Notes under the pieces: model-generated
The model's input: the letters and a program-made list of their open reading frames with translations, nothing else
What the model was told of the DNA's origin: nothing
Database searches by the model: none
Assembly (NCBI RefSeq): GCF_036321535.1
Contig: NC_087436.1
Span: 96,288,001-96,352,000, forward strand
Length of the DNA stretch: 64,000 nt
Direction of reading: 5' to 3'
Source of the DNA: Camelus dromedarius
Taxonomy: Eukaryota
Translations under genes and position numbers: made by a program
Shown here: one piece after another, positions 1 to 12,247 of the stretch
Layout: the number at the start of each line of letters is the position of its first letter
Numbering within the stretch: the first letter of the stretch is position 1

Positions 1-3000
1 TAGTAATGTTTTATGATCTTTTGCATGTCTGTGGTGTCAGTTGTAATTTCTCCTTTTTAATTTCTGATTTTGTTGACTTGGGACCTCTCTCTTTTTTCTT
101 AATGAGTCTGGCTAAAGGTTTATCATTAAAAAAAAATCTTTTCAAAGAACTAGCTCTTAGCTTTTTTGATTTTTTTCTATTTTTTTAAGTCTCCATTTCA
201 CTTATTTTTGCTCTGTTTCATTTGTTCTTTTTCTAGTTCTTTTAGGTATAAGGTTAGAGTGTTTCATATTTTTCTTATTTCCTGAGATAGGCTTTTATTG
301 CTATAAGCTTCCCTCTTAGAACTGCTTTTGCTGCATGCCCTAGATTTTGGCTCATTGTGCTTTTGTTTTCATTTGTCTCCAGGTATTTTTTGATTTCTTC
401 AGTGATTCATTGGTTATTTAGTAGCATATTATTTAGCCTCCACATGTTTGTGTTTTTTTGCAGTTTTTCCCTTGTGGTTGATTTCTACTCTTACAGAATT
501 GTAGTGAGAAAAGATGCTTAATAGGATTTCAGTTTTCTTAAATCAAAACTTGTTTTGTGACCTAGCATTTGACTTACCATGGAGAATGTTCCATGTGCAT
601 ATTGAAAAGAATGTGCATTCTGCTGCTTTTGGATGAAATTTTCTATATAATTTATTAAGTTCATTTGGTCTAGTGTGCCGTTTAAGGCCAGTGTTTCCTT
701 ATTGATTTTCTGTCTCAATGATCTCTCCATTGATTTAAACGGGGTGTTCAAGTCCCCTACTATTACTGTGTTACTGTCAGTTTCTCCATTAATGTCTATT
801 TATATTTGCTTTATGTATTTAGGTGCTTCTATGTTGGGTGCTTGTAGATTTATAATTGTTGCATCTTCTTGGATCGATCCCTTAATCATTATGTAATGTC
901 CTCCCTTGTCTTTTGTTACAGTATTTGTTTTAAATTCTACTTTGTCTGATATAAATATTGCTACCCCAGCTTTCTTTTGATTTCCATTTCTATGGAATAT
1001 CTTTTTCCATGTTCTCACTTTCAGTCTGTGTATGTCTTTAGACTTGAAGTAGGCAGCATATATGCAGGTTTTGTTTTTATATCCATTCAGTGACTCTGTC
1101 TTTGAGTGGAACATTTAGTCTATTTACATTTAAAGTAATTATTGGTAGGTATGTACTTATTGCCATTTTGTTAATTGTTTTGGTGTTGTTGTGTAGTTCT
1201 TTTTTGTTCCTTTCCTCTTCTCTTGCTCTCTTCTCTTATGATTTGATGACTATCTTTAATGTTATGTTTGGATCCCTGTTTTTTGTGTATCAGAGATTTT
1301 TTTATTTGTGGTTACTATGATGTTTATATATAGCAATATATATCACTCATATACACATATAGATATAGTTTTAAGCTGCTGATCTCTTACTTTCCAATGC
1401 ATTTTAATAACCCTGTATTTTTACTCCTGTCCCTCCATGATTACTGTTTTTGACATCATATTTTACATCTTTTTGTTTGATGTATCCCTTAACTGCTTAT
1501 TGTGGATATAGATGATTTTACTACTTTTGTCTTTTAATCTTCCTATGAGCTTATTTGTAGCTGATTTACTACCTTTACTGTATATTTGCCTTTTTTCTTT
1601 TATAGTTTTCCTTGAGCTTTTTCCTTTTGTAATTTGAAGTCTCTAGTTATGTTTTGTTTTGTTTTGTTTTGTTTACTTACAGAAGTCCCTTTAACATTTC
1701 TTGTCAAGCTGGTTTGGTGGTGCTAAACTCTTAACTTTTGCCTGTCGGTAAAACTATTGATCTTTCCATCAAATAGGAATGAGAGCCTTGCCAGGTAGAG
1801 TGTTCTTGGTTGTAGGCTTTTCCTTTTCATTGCTTTAAATATATTCTGTCACTTCCTTCCGGACTGCAGAGTTTCTGCTAAAAAGTCAGCTGATATCCTT
1901 ATGGGCATTCCCTTGTGTGTAAGTTGTTGCTTTTCCCTTGCTGCTTTTAATCTCTCTCTTTATCTTTAATTTTTGCCATTTTAATTATAGTATGTCTTGG
2001 TTTGGCCCCCTTTGGGTTGATCCTGTCTGGGTCTCTCTGTCATTTCTGAATCTGGCCGTTTCCTTTTCCAAGTTAGGTAAAGTTTTCAGCTATTATGTCT
2101 TCAAATATGTTCTCCGCCCCTTTCTCCACCACTTCTTCTGGGACCCTATAATCCAAATGTTGGTATGACTGGTGTTGTCCCAGAGGTCTCTTAACCTGTC
2201 CTCATTTTTCATTCTTTTTTCTGTTCAATAATTACCATTACTCTATCTTCAAGTTCACTGACCTGTTCTTTTGTATCATTTAATCTACTGTTGTTTCCCT
2301 TCAGTGTTTTTTTTCTTTTATTGAAGTATAGTTCAGCCATATATATACATACATATACCCTTCAGTGTATTTTTTATTTTAGTTATTGTATTCTTCATAT
2401 CTGTTTGGTTTTTTATATTTTCTAACTTTTTGTTAAAAACATCTAACTTCTCATTCTGTTCACCCATTCTCCTGAGTTCTTTGATCATCTTTACAATCAT
2501 TACTTTGAACTCTTTACTGGGTAGATTGCTTATCTCCACTTAGTTCTTCTGAGGTTTTACCTCGTTGCTTTATTTTAAGCATGTTCCTTTGTCCTCTTGT
2601 TTTGCCTAATTTGTTGTTTGTATTTCTATGTATCTGCTAGGCTGGTTATGCCTCTGGATCTGGGAGAAGTGGCCATTTGTAGGACACTTTCTATGCTTCC
2701 CAGCAGCACATTCCTTTCTGGTCACCAGAGCTATATGCTCTAGGAGCACCTCTATATGGGCTGTGTGGGTCCTTCTGTTGTGGCAGGCTGACTACTGTGG
2801 GAGGTCTGGTAGCTCCCACAGTAGTCAGCCTTTGCGGCTGGCCCCTGGTCTGGTTGGCTGCCAGGCCCTGCCTTATTTAGAGGCTACCAGCCACTGGTTG
2901 GCAGGACCCAGTCACGAAGAGGCTGGCTTTGGAATCCTGGGGATACCTGGGCTACTGGTGACTCAGTGGTGGGTGGAGTCAGGTTCTAGAGTGGTGGTTA

Positions 3001-4661
3001 CAGGGAAGGAGCTCCCAGCTCTAATGTTGCCCTGCTTGTGGGTGGAGCTGTTCCTGATATGTCTAGCTGAAGGTTTGGGGGTAAAACTGGTGCTGGTCTG
3101 CTGGTGAGTGGTACTGGATCCCAGGGTGGATGGCTGAGGAGTCCTTGGTATCTTAGAGCTGGTGCTGGTGTGCTGGTGGGCAGGGCCAGGGACTAGGGCA
3201 GAGGGGGGTCCCAGGGCTAGTGCTGGCTCACAGGTTGATGGAGCTGGGTCCTAGTTTCTCTGGATGCAGGGCCCTGAGGGTCCCAAAGCTGGTGTCAGCC
3301 TTCCCGGTGGGTGGGGCTGGATCTTGGCACTACTTACTGAGGAAGACCTGGACTTATCTGCTTGTGGACAAGGCCTGAGCCCTGGGGGTTCTTGGGAGAG
3401 TGCTGTCCTGCCCGTATGTTGGTTAGGTCTTGACAAGGCAGGTTGTGGGGCTGCACTGGCCCTGGTGATGGTGACCACCCACTGGAAGGCAAGGTTGGGT
3501 CCAGGGAATCCCAGGGTTATTGTCTGACCATCGGTAGGTGAAGCTGGGACCTGGGGCTAGTGCCAGCCCACTAGCAGGCATACTGGGTCCCAGGGTCCCA
3601 GAGGACTCAGAGCTGGTATTAGACTGCTTGTGTATGGGTCAAAGGCCCATGGGGTCTTGGGGCTAGTGCTGGCTCACTGGTGGGTAGAGTCTGTTCCTAG
3701 GATCTCTGGCTGCAAGGCCCTGGAGCTGGTACTGGCCTGCTGGTGAGTGGGATGGGTCCTGCTGTGGCTGGCCGTAAGGCTGCTGTGATTCTGGGGCTGA
3801 TGGGCATGGCCAGGTTCCAGGGTTTCCCGGGGCTGGTGCCTGCCCAGTGGTGTGAGGCCAGGTCTGCATCCTGGGCCCTCTGGTGAACAGGTCTGTGTCC
3901 CAGTGTGGCTGTGGGCTCAGGCATTTTAAAGCAGGTGGGTAGGCTGTGTCCCTGCCCAGCTAGTTGTTTGGCCTGAGGCATCCCAGTTCTGGTGCCTACA
4001 GGCTGGTGGGTGGGACTGGGTCCTGAGGGTAATAAGCTAGAGGAAGAATTGCAAAATGCACTTGCCAGCACCAGTGAACATGTGGTAGGATAAGTTCCTA
4101 AAAATGGCTGCTGCCAGTGTCTGTGTCCCCAGAGTGAGCTTCAGTCACCTTCTGTCACTCCAGGAGACTCTCTAAGATCAGCACGTGGGTCTAACCCAGG
4201 TTTTTTTTTTTCAAATTAGTGCTTCTACCCAGGGTCCTGGAGCACATGAGATTCTGTGTGCACCCTTTAAGAATGGAGTCTCTATTTCCCACAGCCCTCT
4301 GGGTCTCCCAAAAGTAAGCCCTACTGTCCTTCAAAAACAAGTGTTCTAGGAGCCCATCTTCCTGGGGCAGGACCCCTGGGCATGGGAGCCCAATGTGGGG
4401 CTCAGACCCGTTGCTTCTTGGGGAGAACTTCTGCAGTGGTAATTAACCTGTTTGTGGGTTGCCCACTCAGGTGTATGGGTCCTGACTATACTGTGCCTAC
4501 ACTCCTCCTACTCATCTCATTGTGGTTCCTTCTTTAGTTGTAGAAGTTCTTTTCTCCTAGATTCTGGTCTTTCTCATCAATAGTTGCTCTGTAAAGAGGT
4601 GTAATCTTGATGTGTCCATGAGAGAAGGTGAGGGTCTTCCTGCTCCGCCATCATCTCCACC
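1..4661 (-). mobile_element. Decayed LINE-1, 5' half (5'UTR, ORF1, start of ORF2 endonuclease); continues beyond the window start
   Basis: ORF 800..1114 gives L1 endonuclease motifs (KKIFH.NGNQKKAGVAIFISDK..KDKGGHYIMIKGSIQ..IIN..APN). ORF 518..751 is ORF2-like. ORF 2333..2539 is ORF1-like (EFKVMIVKMIKEL...ENIKNQTDMKNTITKIKNTLKGI). A GC-rich 5'UTR at about 2600-4660 begins with GATGGCGGAG on the minus strand. Confidence 0.92.
2308..2357 (-). mobile_element. About 50-bp L1 3'-terminal insertion nested in the ORF1 region of the larger L1
   Basis: Poly-T followed by TTGAAGTATAGTT (L1 3' end), flanked by the direct repeat CCCTTCAGTGT at 2297-2307 and 2358-2368. Confidence 0.75.
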
Positions 4662-4669
4662 TATTATGC

Positions 4670-5960
4670 TTCATTCTTCTTTTCCAGGCTCTTTTTAAAG
4701 GAATTATTTTTAGTATTCCATTGTGTCTCTGCCATGAGATTTTTATGTCTTTCTGTAATCCTCTTTAGTGGTTTTCCTATATGTAGGGATGTTTCAGTAT
4801 TCACTCTTGACCTTTTACAGCTTAAACTTTGGACATTTATCACTTCCCAAATAATGTAAGACTACCTTTAAAAGAGGGAACTGCATTTTCCCTTTTGCCC
4901 TCTTTATCTTATGTTATAACCTCTACACAGCATTATTACTGTAGCTTAACATAGTCAATATTCTTTCATCTTACCCTTTATAGTGCTCTTAATTCCTTCT
5001 TAGGGATTTGAGCTTTTATATGTGGTCATTTTCACTACAGCAGAAAAAGGCCTTTTAGTTTTTCTTTAAATGTGAGTTAGCTGATGACTAAGTCTTTACT
5101 TTTTCCTGAAAATATCATGATTTTGTCTTTACTTTTGCAGGATATTTTTACTACATTTGGCAATGTAGCTTGGTTGTCTTTTTCATTTTAGCTCTTTAAA
5201 GATGATATTCCATTGTCCTTTGATTTCCAAAGCTTCTTTATTAAAAAATCAGCTAAAAGTCTGTTTTCTGAAGGTAATGATTTTTTTCCTTTCGATTGAT
5301 TTTTAGTTTTAATTTTGGTTTTCAGCAGTTTATTATAATGTTATCAGGTGCAATATTCTTGCTTATGGTTTACTGAGCTTTTTGAACCCATGTGGGTTGA
5401 TGCTTTTAAACAGTTTAGGAAAATTCTCACTTGTTATCTCTCTCCCATCCTCTTTTTCTGGGACCCCAGTTACACTTATGTGAGACTGTGCCTCACAGGT
5501 CTCTTCTGCTTTATTCTGTTTTTCCTGTTTTGTTTTTTTGTTTTTTTCAATTTGTGCTTCAATTTGGATATTTTCTATTGATTTCTCTTTGAGTTCACTA
5601 ATCTAGTCTTACACTGTGTTCAGTCTACTGTTAAGCTCATCAAATAAGTTTTTAATTTTAGATATTGTTCTAAAATATCCATTTCTTTTTTATAGATTTC
5701 ATTTCTTTGAAATTATCCATCTTATCCCTTTTAACTATCTTTTCCTTTATTTTCATTAACATATTTATAACAGTTATTTAATAGTTTTTGACTGCCAATT
5801 CCATCATCTTGGCCATCTGGGAGGTTGACTTCTATTATCTAAATTTTCCTCATTTAGTAATCATTTTCTTGATTCTTCACATGTCTTGTAATTTTCATTG
5901 TATTCTTGGCATTTTATGTAACTTTTATTTAGGGGTTCATGTTTCAGTGTTAGACTGATA
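4670..5960 (-). mobile_element. Older, highly diverged L1 (L1M-type) ORF1/inter-ORF fragments
   Basis: T-rich sequence with antisense L1 hallmarks (TTTAAAGATGATATTCCATTGTC, TCAGCAGTTTATTATAATG, GAGTTCACTAATC, TCAGTCTACTGTTAAGCTCATC). Confidence 0.65.
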
Positions 5961-8759
5961 CAGAGTGAGAGGATAGTCATGTCAATCTATTCAGTATTGA
6001 AACTGGGTACAACTAGGTTATAATTTTAATCAGTTTTATTTTAATTAAAATGTTTCAATGGCAAGACAATTACTGTTATGTTCTAGTGGACTTTGTCTCC
6101 TAGACACAAAGAGGTTGTAGAAGCTTTTCCCTCCCAGCTTTGTATCATTCCATCTTGTCCAGTGTCTCATGATGACAATTGCTGATGCTTTTGAGACTCT
6201 ATCTATAAAGCCAGCTCAGCAAGAACAACTCTCCTCTTTGGAATTTAACTTTAAACATTTTTGTTTCCAGATCTCTACTAGCTCTTTAAAAATAGGATGT
6301 TTATAATTTTTTTTAAGTTATTGCAGTCCTACTCAGAAGTCCTTTGGAATACAGTTTTAAGTGAAATTTTTTTCTTACCAATGAAGTTATAAAGAGGTTA
6401 ACTACTCTCCAGTTCACTTTTTCTCCATAATTCTTTTTACCACAAAAAATACAGTGGGTTATACCATAAAAATAGCTTATGTATCAATAAAAATTTATTG
6501 TAGAAACAGCAGCAATTAACTAAATGGCTCTCTCTTGGCTTCCATCCATGAGATGACTAGCTTTTTTTTTTTTTTTTTTTTCCTTCTCAAGAGTATTTTT
6601 AAATGTTTGCCTGTTCTAACTTTTTTGGTGATAATCAAGTAATTTATTATTGGAACCCATCTTAGAACTATGATGTCTAGCTGATTTCAACTGGACAAGC
6701 TTAATTTTACATATAAGGAATGTTTTCTTTTGATTGTGCAAGAAAAATACATCTAGAAAATATGAGGCATTAGATTGTCCTTTTTTAAAAAAATTAAAGT
6801 CTAGATTGCTTAATTTAGATGATTTTTCAGTTCAAATCAATGACTATTTTTCCATTTTAGTACATTTTGATTAGTAAATCTGTATATATAAATTTGATCA
6901 TTAAATCACACAAAACCTGTACATTTTATTAAAGTAGAAATTAAGATTAAGCACTTGTTTTTTCTTTTCATGTATTTTATTTACTATGCCTAAAATATTT
7001 AGTATACCTAAAATGGTAAATCAAAGGTGAAATGTAGATAAAATGTAGATAGAATTTAGTTTCCAAAAACTAAACTGTTATAAAAACACTAACATTTTCT
7101 TCAAACTCAATGATTTAAGAACTCTCATTGTATGAATTTCTTAAATAAAGTTATTTAAAGAAAGAAACTAAACTTGAACTATCAAGTGGGCATAATTCAC
7201 TTTGAAGGAACTTTGGTGACACAGTTAGGTGACGATGAACTGGTCAGTATGCTGTAGGTTTAATTCACTACTATCAGTGATGTACAAATATGGAATGATT
7301 TGATTTTTACCAATAACATCTGTGGACTTGACTTTGTCTTTTCTGGCTAGTTGAAAAACTTAAACTTGCTGAATAATAGATTTCTCAATCCAATTCCTTA
7401 TGTTTTCATATTGCTGGTTTAAAATCTAGCCCAACCCAAAATGTATCTCTGAGCTTCCTTCTTTCCACTTTGTATATGCTGGTTTTAAGAGTGGCTGCCA
7501 GGAGTGGTTGCCTTCCCTGTGGTAGGCAAGAGTATGGCCTGCTCCTTCTCTGTCCCGAGTCATCTGTGCCACTGCTGGCAGTGTGTGTGTGTATGTTGTG
7601 GGGTGGGTGGGAAGGCTGCTTCAGCATCAGATTAAACACTCAGGTAAGAATGATGGCAGGAGTCTCACTCCTTTGGCCTTGGCTGCTCCTCTATCCAATG
7701 CCGTGCAATCTGGTAGCCCCAGAGAGGATGGCTACATGGGCTTTGGCTTCCTGAGACTCTTGTTAATTGCTTTGTCAATTCCCAGAACAGTGGCGCAGAT
7801 AGGATTCCCTTTGTCCTGATTCTAAGAGATGGGGAACACCCTCTGAATGTGAAGTCATGGAACCTCCTCTTACCTGTCTCCAACATAACTGGTCCTCTTT
7901 CTATTGGGCGCCTGGACCTGGCTCTCCTAGGGTAACCTGCCAATCCCTTTCCCTCAGCAAATCTCCACATGTGGATTGAGGGAATGTAGTGAGATACTGT
8001 CTTCACCCCCCAGAGCACCCTTACATTGGGGGGCAGCATCCCTAAAGCTATCTCAGCTTTTCAAACTCCAGGTCTTCAAGTCAGTAGAGTACTTGCCTTT
8101 ATCAACTTCTTCCAGGAGGCAGACCTTTGCTCAAGGTCTGAGTCAAAGCCCAAACTCCACAAGCAATTCTTTTGGAGTACTCCAAATTTGGAGGGATGAG
8201 AAGAAACCCCCCTGCCTCCATAAACAAGCACTCGAAGAGGGACGGGATGGGATAGGTAGCATGGACGCAGACTCTGCTCTCTCCCACAGGCAATATTCCT
8301 CACCTCCTTCATAAGGATTTTTATGGACTAAGTGGGTGGGACAGGTTGGTGGGAAAAGATGCTGCTAAACTTTTCTACACTTTGTGAGGGCTGAGGCAAT
8401 TCTCTGCACTTAAAAGGAGAAACATATGGCAACTTTGGACTCAACTGTGAGCTGTCTTCCTGTTAACTGCAGTCCTGTTCAAAATCCCTCCTTGGGAGCA
8501 GGTAAAGGTCTTACTAAGTAAATTTCAGCAAATTAATATATACTCTGTACATTTTACATTGTTAAGAATGAACTTAAAACTCTTTAATATTTGACTGTCT
8601 GAATCAAGTCTTAACACTTTCTACATTTAGACTCTCATCAACATTTTCAAAGGGAAATTTCCAACATCACATACATGCCCAGTATGAATAAAAACATTTT
8701 ATTCTCATTTGAAAATAACTGAAATCACAATTTAATGATAACTAATGGTTGTGTGGCCC

Positions 8760-8950
8760 TGTATAGCTCACAAAGAATTCTCACATACACCGTCACATTT
8801 GGTTTCCATAACAAAACTTTGGTATTTATTCAACATTTACTTGTACTTTACTGTTATTTCCCCCTCCCCATCTTATGCATGTGAGAATTAAAGCATGGTG
8901 AGCTCAGTGACTTGCCCTGTCAGAACTAGGGCTCTAACTCTGGCTATGAA
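8760..8950 (-). mobile_element. MIR SINE fragment
   Basis: CCCCATCTTATGCATGTGAGAATTAAAGC...AGTGACTTGCCC resembles the antisense MIR core. Confidence 0.5.
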
Positions 8951-10039
8951 ATAAAAATTCTGGGTTTTCCCCACTGTCTGTGCCTTCCTCTATGTACACG
9001 TCTACAAATGCTCTTCTTTCTCAGCAGAGGTGCTGTCTTCTCAGTGTGCTGTCTCCCAAGTTAATCCTCAGAGTGGAACTGGACACCTGTCCAGGCCCCT
9101 TACTCTACCCCTCTGTCCAACCAGTGACCAAAAGCATGTGTACAAACAACAATCTGGGATCGGCAGGCAGAGCCTGCATGTCTCTAGGACCTGGGGCCAT
9201 ATCCCAAAGGACAACTTTTAGGAAATGAAGTTGAAAAGAACCAAGTACACACAACATTTAAGTCCAAGTTCCCTTTGGGCTTTAATTCCCTGGGTGCTGA
9301 AAAATGAAAGCTTTGTTTGGTCCTGAATTTATTGGTAACTGACATAAGGGCTAATGTCTGTGAAGGCTTTGAAGATATACAAACTTTTTTTTTCCATCAG
9401 CAATGGCAAATGTTCTTGCCAAAGACTTCAGCACTAGGGGAAGTAATATGCCATGCTTTGCAGCACACGGGGGTCATCATGACTTCTAGAAATATCACAA
9501 GGGAGCAGTGGGCAAGGAAACTTGAGCTCCAAAGCGACACATATGCGCCCACTGTTACCATAGTTACAACAGGAAAGGCCATAAGAGATGTACTTTTTCC
9601 CATAAGCAGTGAAATAAGCCTTGCATGATTTAGGATCACCAGGGTGAATAATCCTGGCTCTATCCACAGGGATTTAGCGTGGTTGCCTTGAGTGTCAACG
9701 TGTAACAGGAAGCAGAAGGAGGGATAAATGATTTGTTTACGCTCTGAAGTTGCTACTGATGTTCTAACAGTTAACCTTTACTTTCAGAACCTGCATGAAC
9801 TTGCAAAGTCTTTAAATTATTCATTCCTGTACCAGCATATTACAGGAATTAATGGCCATGACTAAGTTTAGCTAGTTTGGGTATGACACTCTACAGGGTG
9901 ATAGAAGGGGGAGAATGTCTCTCTCATTCCTGAATTTCTGAAGATGGATTAGTTAAAGCTGTGGAGATCATAGTAATAGAGATGCCCCAGGGCACACACA
10001 TAGCTCTTTATGCCTCTAAACATGATGGAACCCAGTCTA

Positions 10040-10560
10040 TCTTGTCTTCCAATGTTTGAATCTCTTCTAAAGCACCCCTGCCAGAATGGTTTTATTTTCT
10101 AGTTTTATGACAACGTTTTTGGTGACGCACTCATTACAATTTAGACAGCTTGGAGAGAGAATAATAATGATTACAACAAATAACAAGACTTTTTGTGGGT
10201 CATTATATGTGAGACACTATAAAAGTGTTCTGTAATTTCATTTCATCCCCAGAAAGATCCCAGGAGGTGGGTAACTATTATCATCATCTCTGTTTTACAG
10301 ATAAGGAAGCCAAGGCTTAGAACAGTAAAGATATTGCTCTAACATCCCACAGTTATGAAATGTTAGTCAGACCCCGGGATATGTGACCCAAAACCAGAGA
10401 GAAAGCTGCATCTTCGAACTGCTTCACCTGGAGCTAAAGTCTGTCTCCTTGTAATTTCCATCCACTGGTCTAGTTCTATCCTCTGAAGACTCATGGAAAA
10501 AAAGTCTTAATTCCTCGTCCACCACTAGCTCTTTGGATACCTACATGGCTTTCAGGACTT
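10040..10560 (-). mobile_element. CR1/L3 LINE fragment interrupted by a MIR (about 10160-10395)
   Basis: CTGTCTCCTTGTAATTTCCATCCACTGGTCTAGTTCTATCCTCTG...AAGTCTTAATTCCTC matches the recalled antisense L3 consensus. The MIR core TTTTACAGATAAGGAAGCCAAGGCTTAG lies inside it. Confidence 0.55.
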
Positions 10561-10759
10561 TATGCATTCTGTTCAGACCACAGGACACTGTTCTTAGATG
10601 TCCTGTCGTCAACCCCCTTAAAACGATGCACTCTTCTTGTTTGGGCATTGTATTAGCTTTCCATTGGGTCTCTTCATTGCTGTATCCTCTGTCCTACACC
10701 CAGCAGCCAGATCTCTTCAGTCCTCTGCTCAGCACACTCTGGCTTCTCATGTCAAGGTC

Positions 10760-11222
10760 AAATCAATAGCCAACTGCAAGATGACAAAGCCCCATAATAC
10801 GGCCTCTGCTCCCACACTCACCTCTCCTCTCACCCACCTGCTTCCAGGTCCCACTTCCTCTCTGTGGAAAGCTCACAGCTGCAATATTCACTCAGCTCTT
10901 TCCTGTCTCCCCTCTACAGCCACGTTATCAGTGAGGCCTTCTCCCATCAGTGCTATTCCCTCTCCTCTGTATCATTTATCACCATCCGACTTACTATTTT
11001 ACATTTTTCTTTGACTTTTGCCTCCTCTGTCCTCTTAGCCTCACATAAGGATGACACAGTTTCTCTCTGTAATTTCATTTACCTTAGATTCTAAGGTCAT
11101 AACACACTGGCCCACAACATGACCATGTCACATAGGTCAACCTCCCGCACCCCCAGCACCAAGAGCAGTCCTGGGCCCAGGACAGCATTATCCTAGTAGG
11201 TACTGGGTGAATAAATGAATAA
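10760..11222 (+). mobile_element. L2 3' fragment
   Basis: Pyrimidine-rich body with TCAGTGAGGCCTTCTC, ending ...GTAGGTACTGGGTGAATAAATGAAT (L2 tail). Confidence 0.5.
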
Positions 11223-12130
11223 TTTGGCTACATACTAAAAACATTATAGAGCATTCATATACTTTAAATCCTATGTGGAGTTGACTATATAGATGGACAT
11301 GCAAATTAATATTAAAAACTCTTTTACTGAAACACTGAACCTAGCTTTTAATCATATGATATATTTTCTTTACTAGTAATTTTAATACTCATCTGTCAGC
11401 CTCAGAACATCCTATGTCGAAAGGGGCAAACTTCCCTATCAACGGCTAGTTGCTGTCTGGATTCAAGATAAGGTTCTTTCTTCAGCTAAATTAAGGCAGT
11501 GATTTTGTACCATCACCTGCCATAGAGTGACCTACTTCTCTTACTACCACTGTGTTTACACAGAGGAGTGGATGTTCTTTAGAAAATAATGATAAACTAA
11601 TAATAATGTTCCACTTGAGCATCTCTGGCCGAAAAATCACTGCAAAAACAATTTTTTTCCCCTACCGTGTAACAATTCCTATTGGCCGATCTGACATTGT
11701 ATATTTGGTTTAACAATGTTTCAGCCACTGTGTTTTTTTAAAATGCCAGAAATTCTAATGTTGAGAAACAGAGCTACTATGATGGAACACTACATTGTAA
11801 AAGAGAAGGAAAAATAGAATAATTACTGTAGGGCTGACCCCGTAATCCGTACTGCTGATCACAAGGTGCCGTGGAAACTGTCGTCAACCCCAAGTCATCT
11901 CTCTGATTACCATTTCAAATTATTCACTGTTAATTCTCAGTGTTTCTTATGGAAAGCGGAGGGTTTTGTTCTCACACACTGAGGGCAAGGAAACAGTTCG
12001 AAAATTTTAAGTAGATATAAAAAGCAAGAATTTTTTCCCCATTTAAAAAGCCCCCTAAGAATCACGAATCAGCAAGAATTCTCATATTCCTCTACAATTT
12101 AATAGAAAGCATTAGTGTTTTTATACCCAC

Positions 12131-12247
12131 AACAAAACATGGACCTGCAGAAGTTTTCAAACAGTCCTCAAGCAGCTTCATGCGGGTCTTCTGGAGCTCG
12201 GGGCTGTCCCATTCATCTTCATCAATTCCCCAGTACAGATCTATAAC
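12131..12247 (-). CDS. NWD2: NWD2 internal coding exon (probably exon 3), 117 nt, encoding VIDLYWGIDEDEWDSPELQKTRMKLLEDCLKTSAGPCFV
   Basis: Minus strand reads ...CCTTTGGTCCCCAG|GTT ATA GAT CTG TAC TGG GGA ... TGT TTT GTT|GTGGGT. It has 39 stop-free codons in phase 0/0 and continues LEFQ-VIDLYWG, as in the NWD1/NWD2/TEP1-type N-terminal domain. It is not in the ORF track. Confidence 0.93.

Noticed and set aside
2628..4071. Several 70-160-aa ORFs on both strands
   Set aside because: They lie in the GC-rich L1 5'UTR, where stop codons are rare, and resemble no known protein.
9317..9667. Three overlapping ORFs in a repeat-poor block as a missing exon
   Set aside because: I recognised no NWD2 or other known peptide and found no convincing splice pair.
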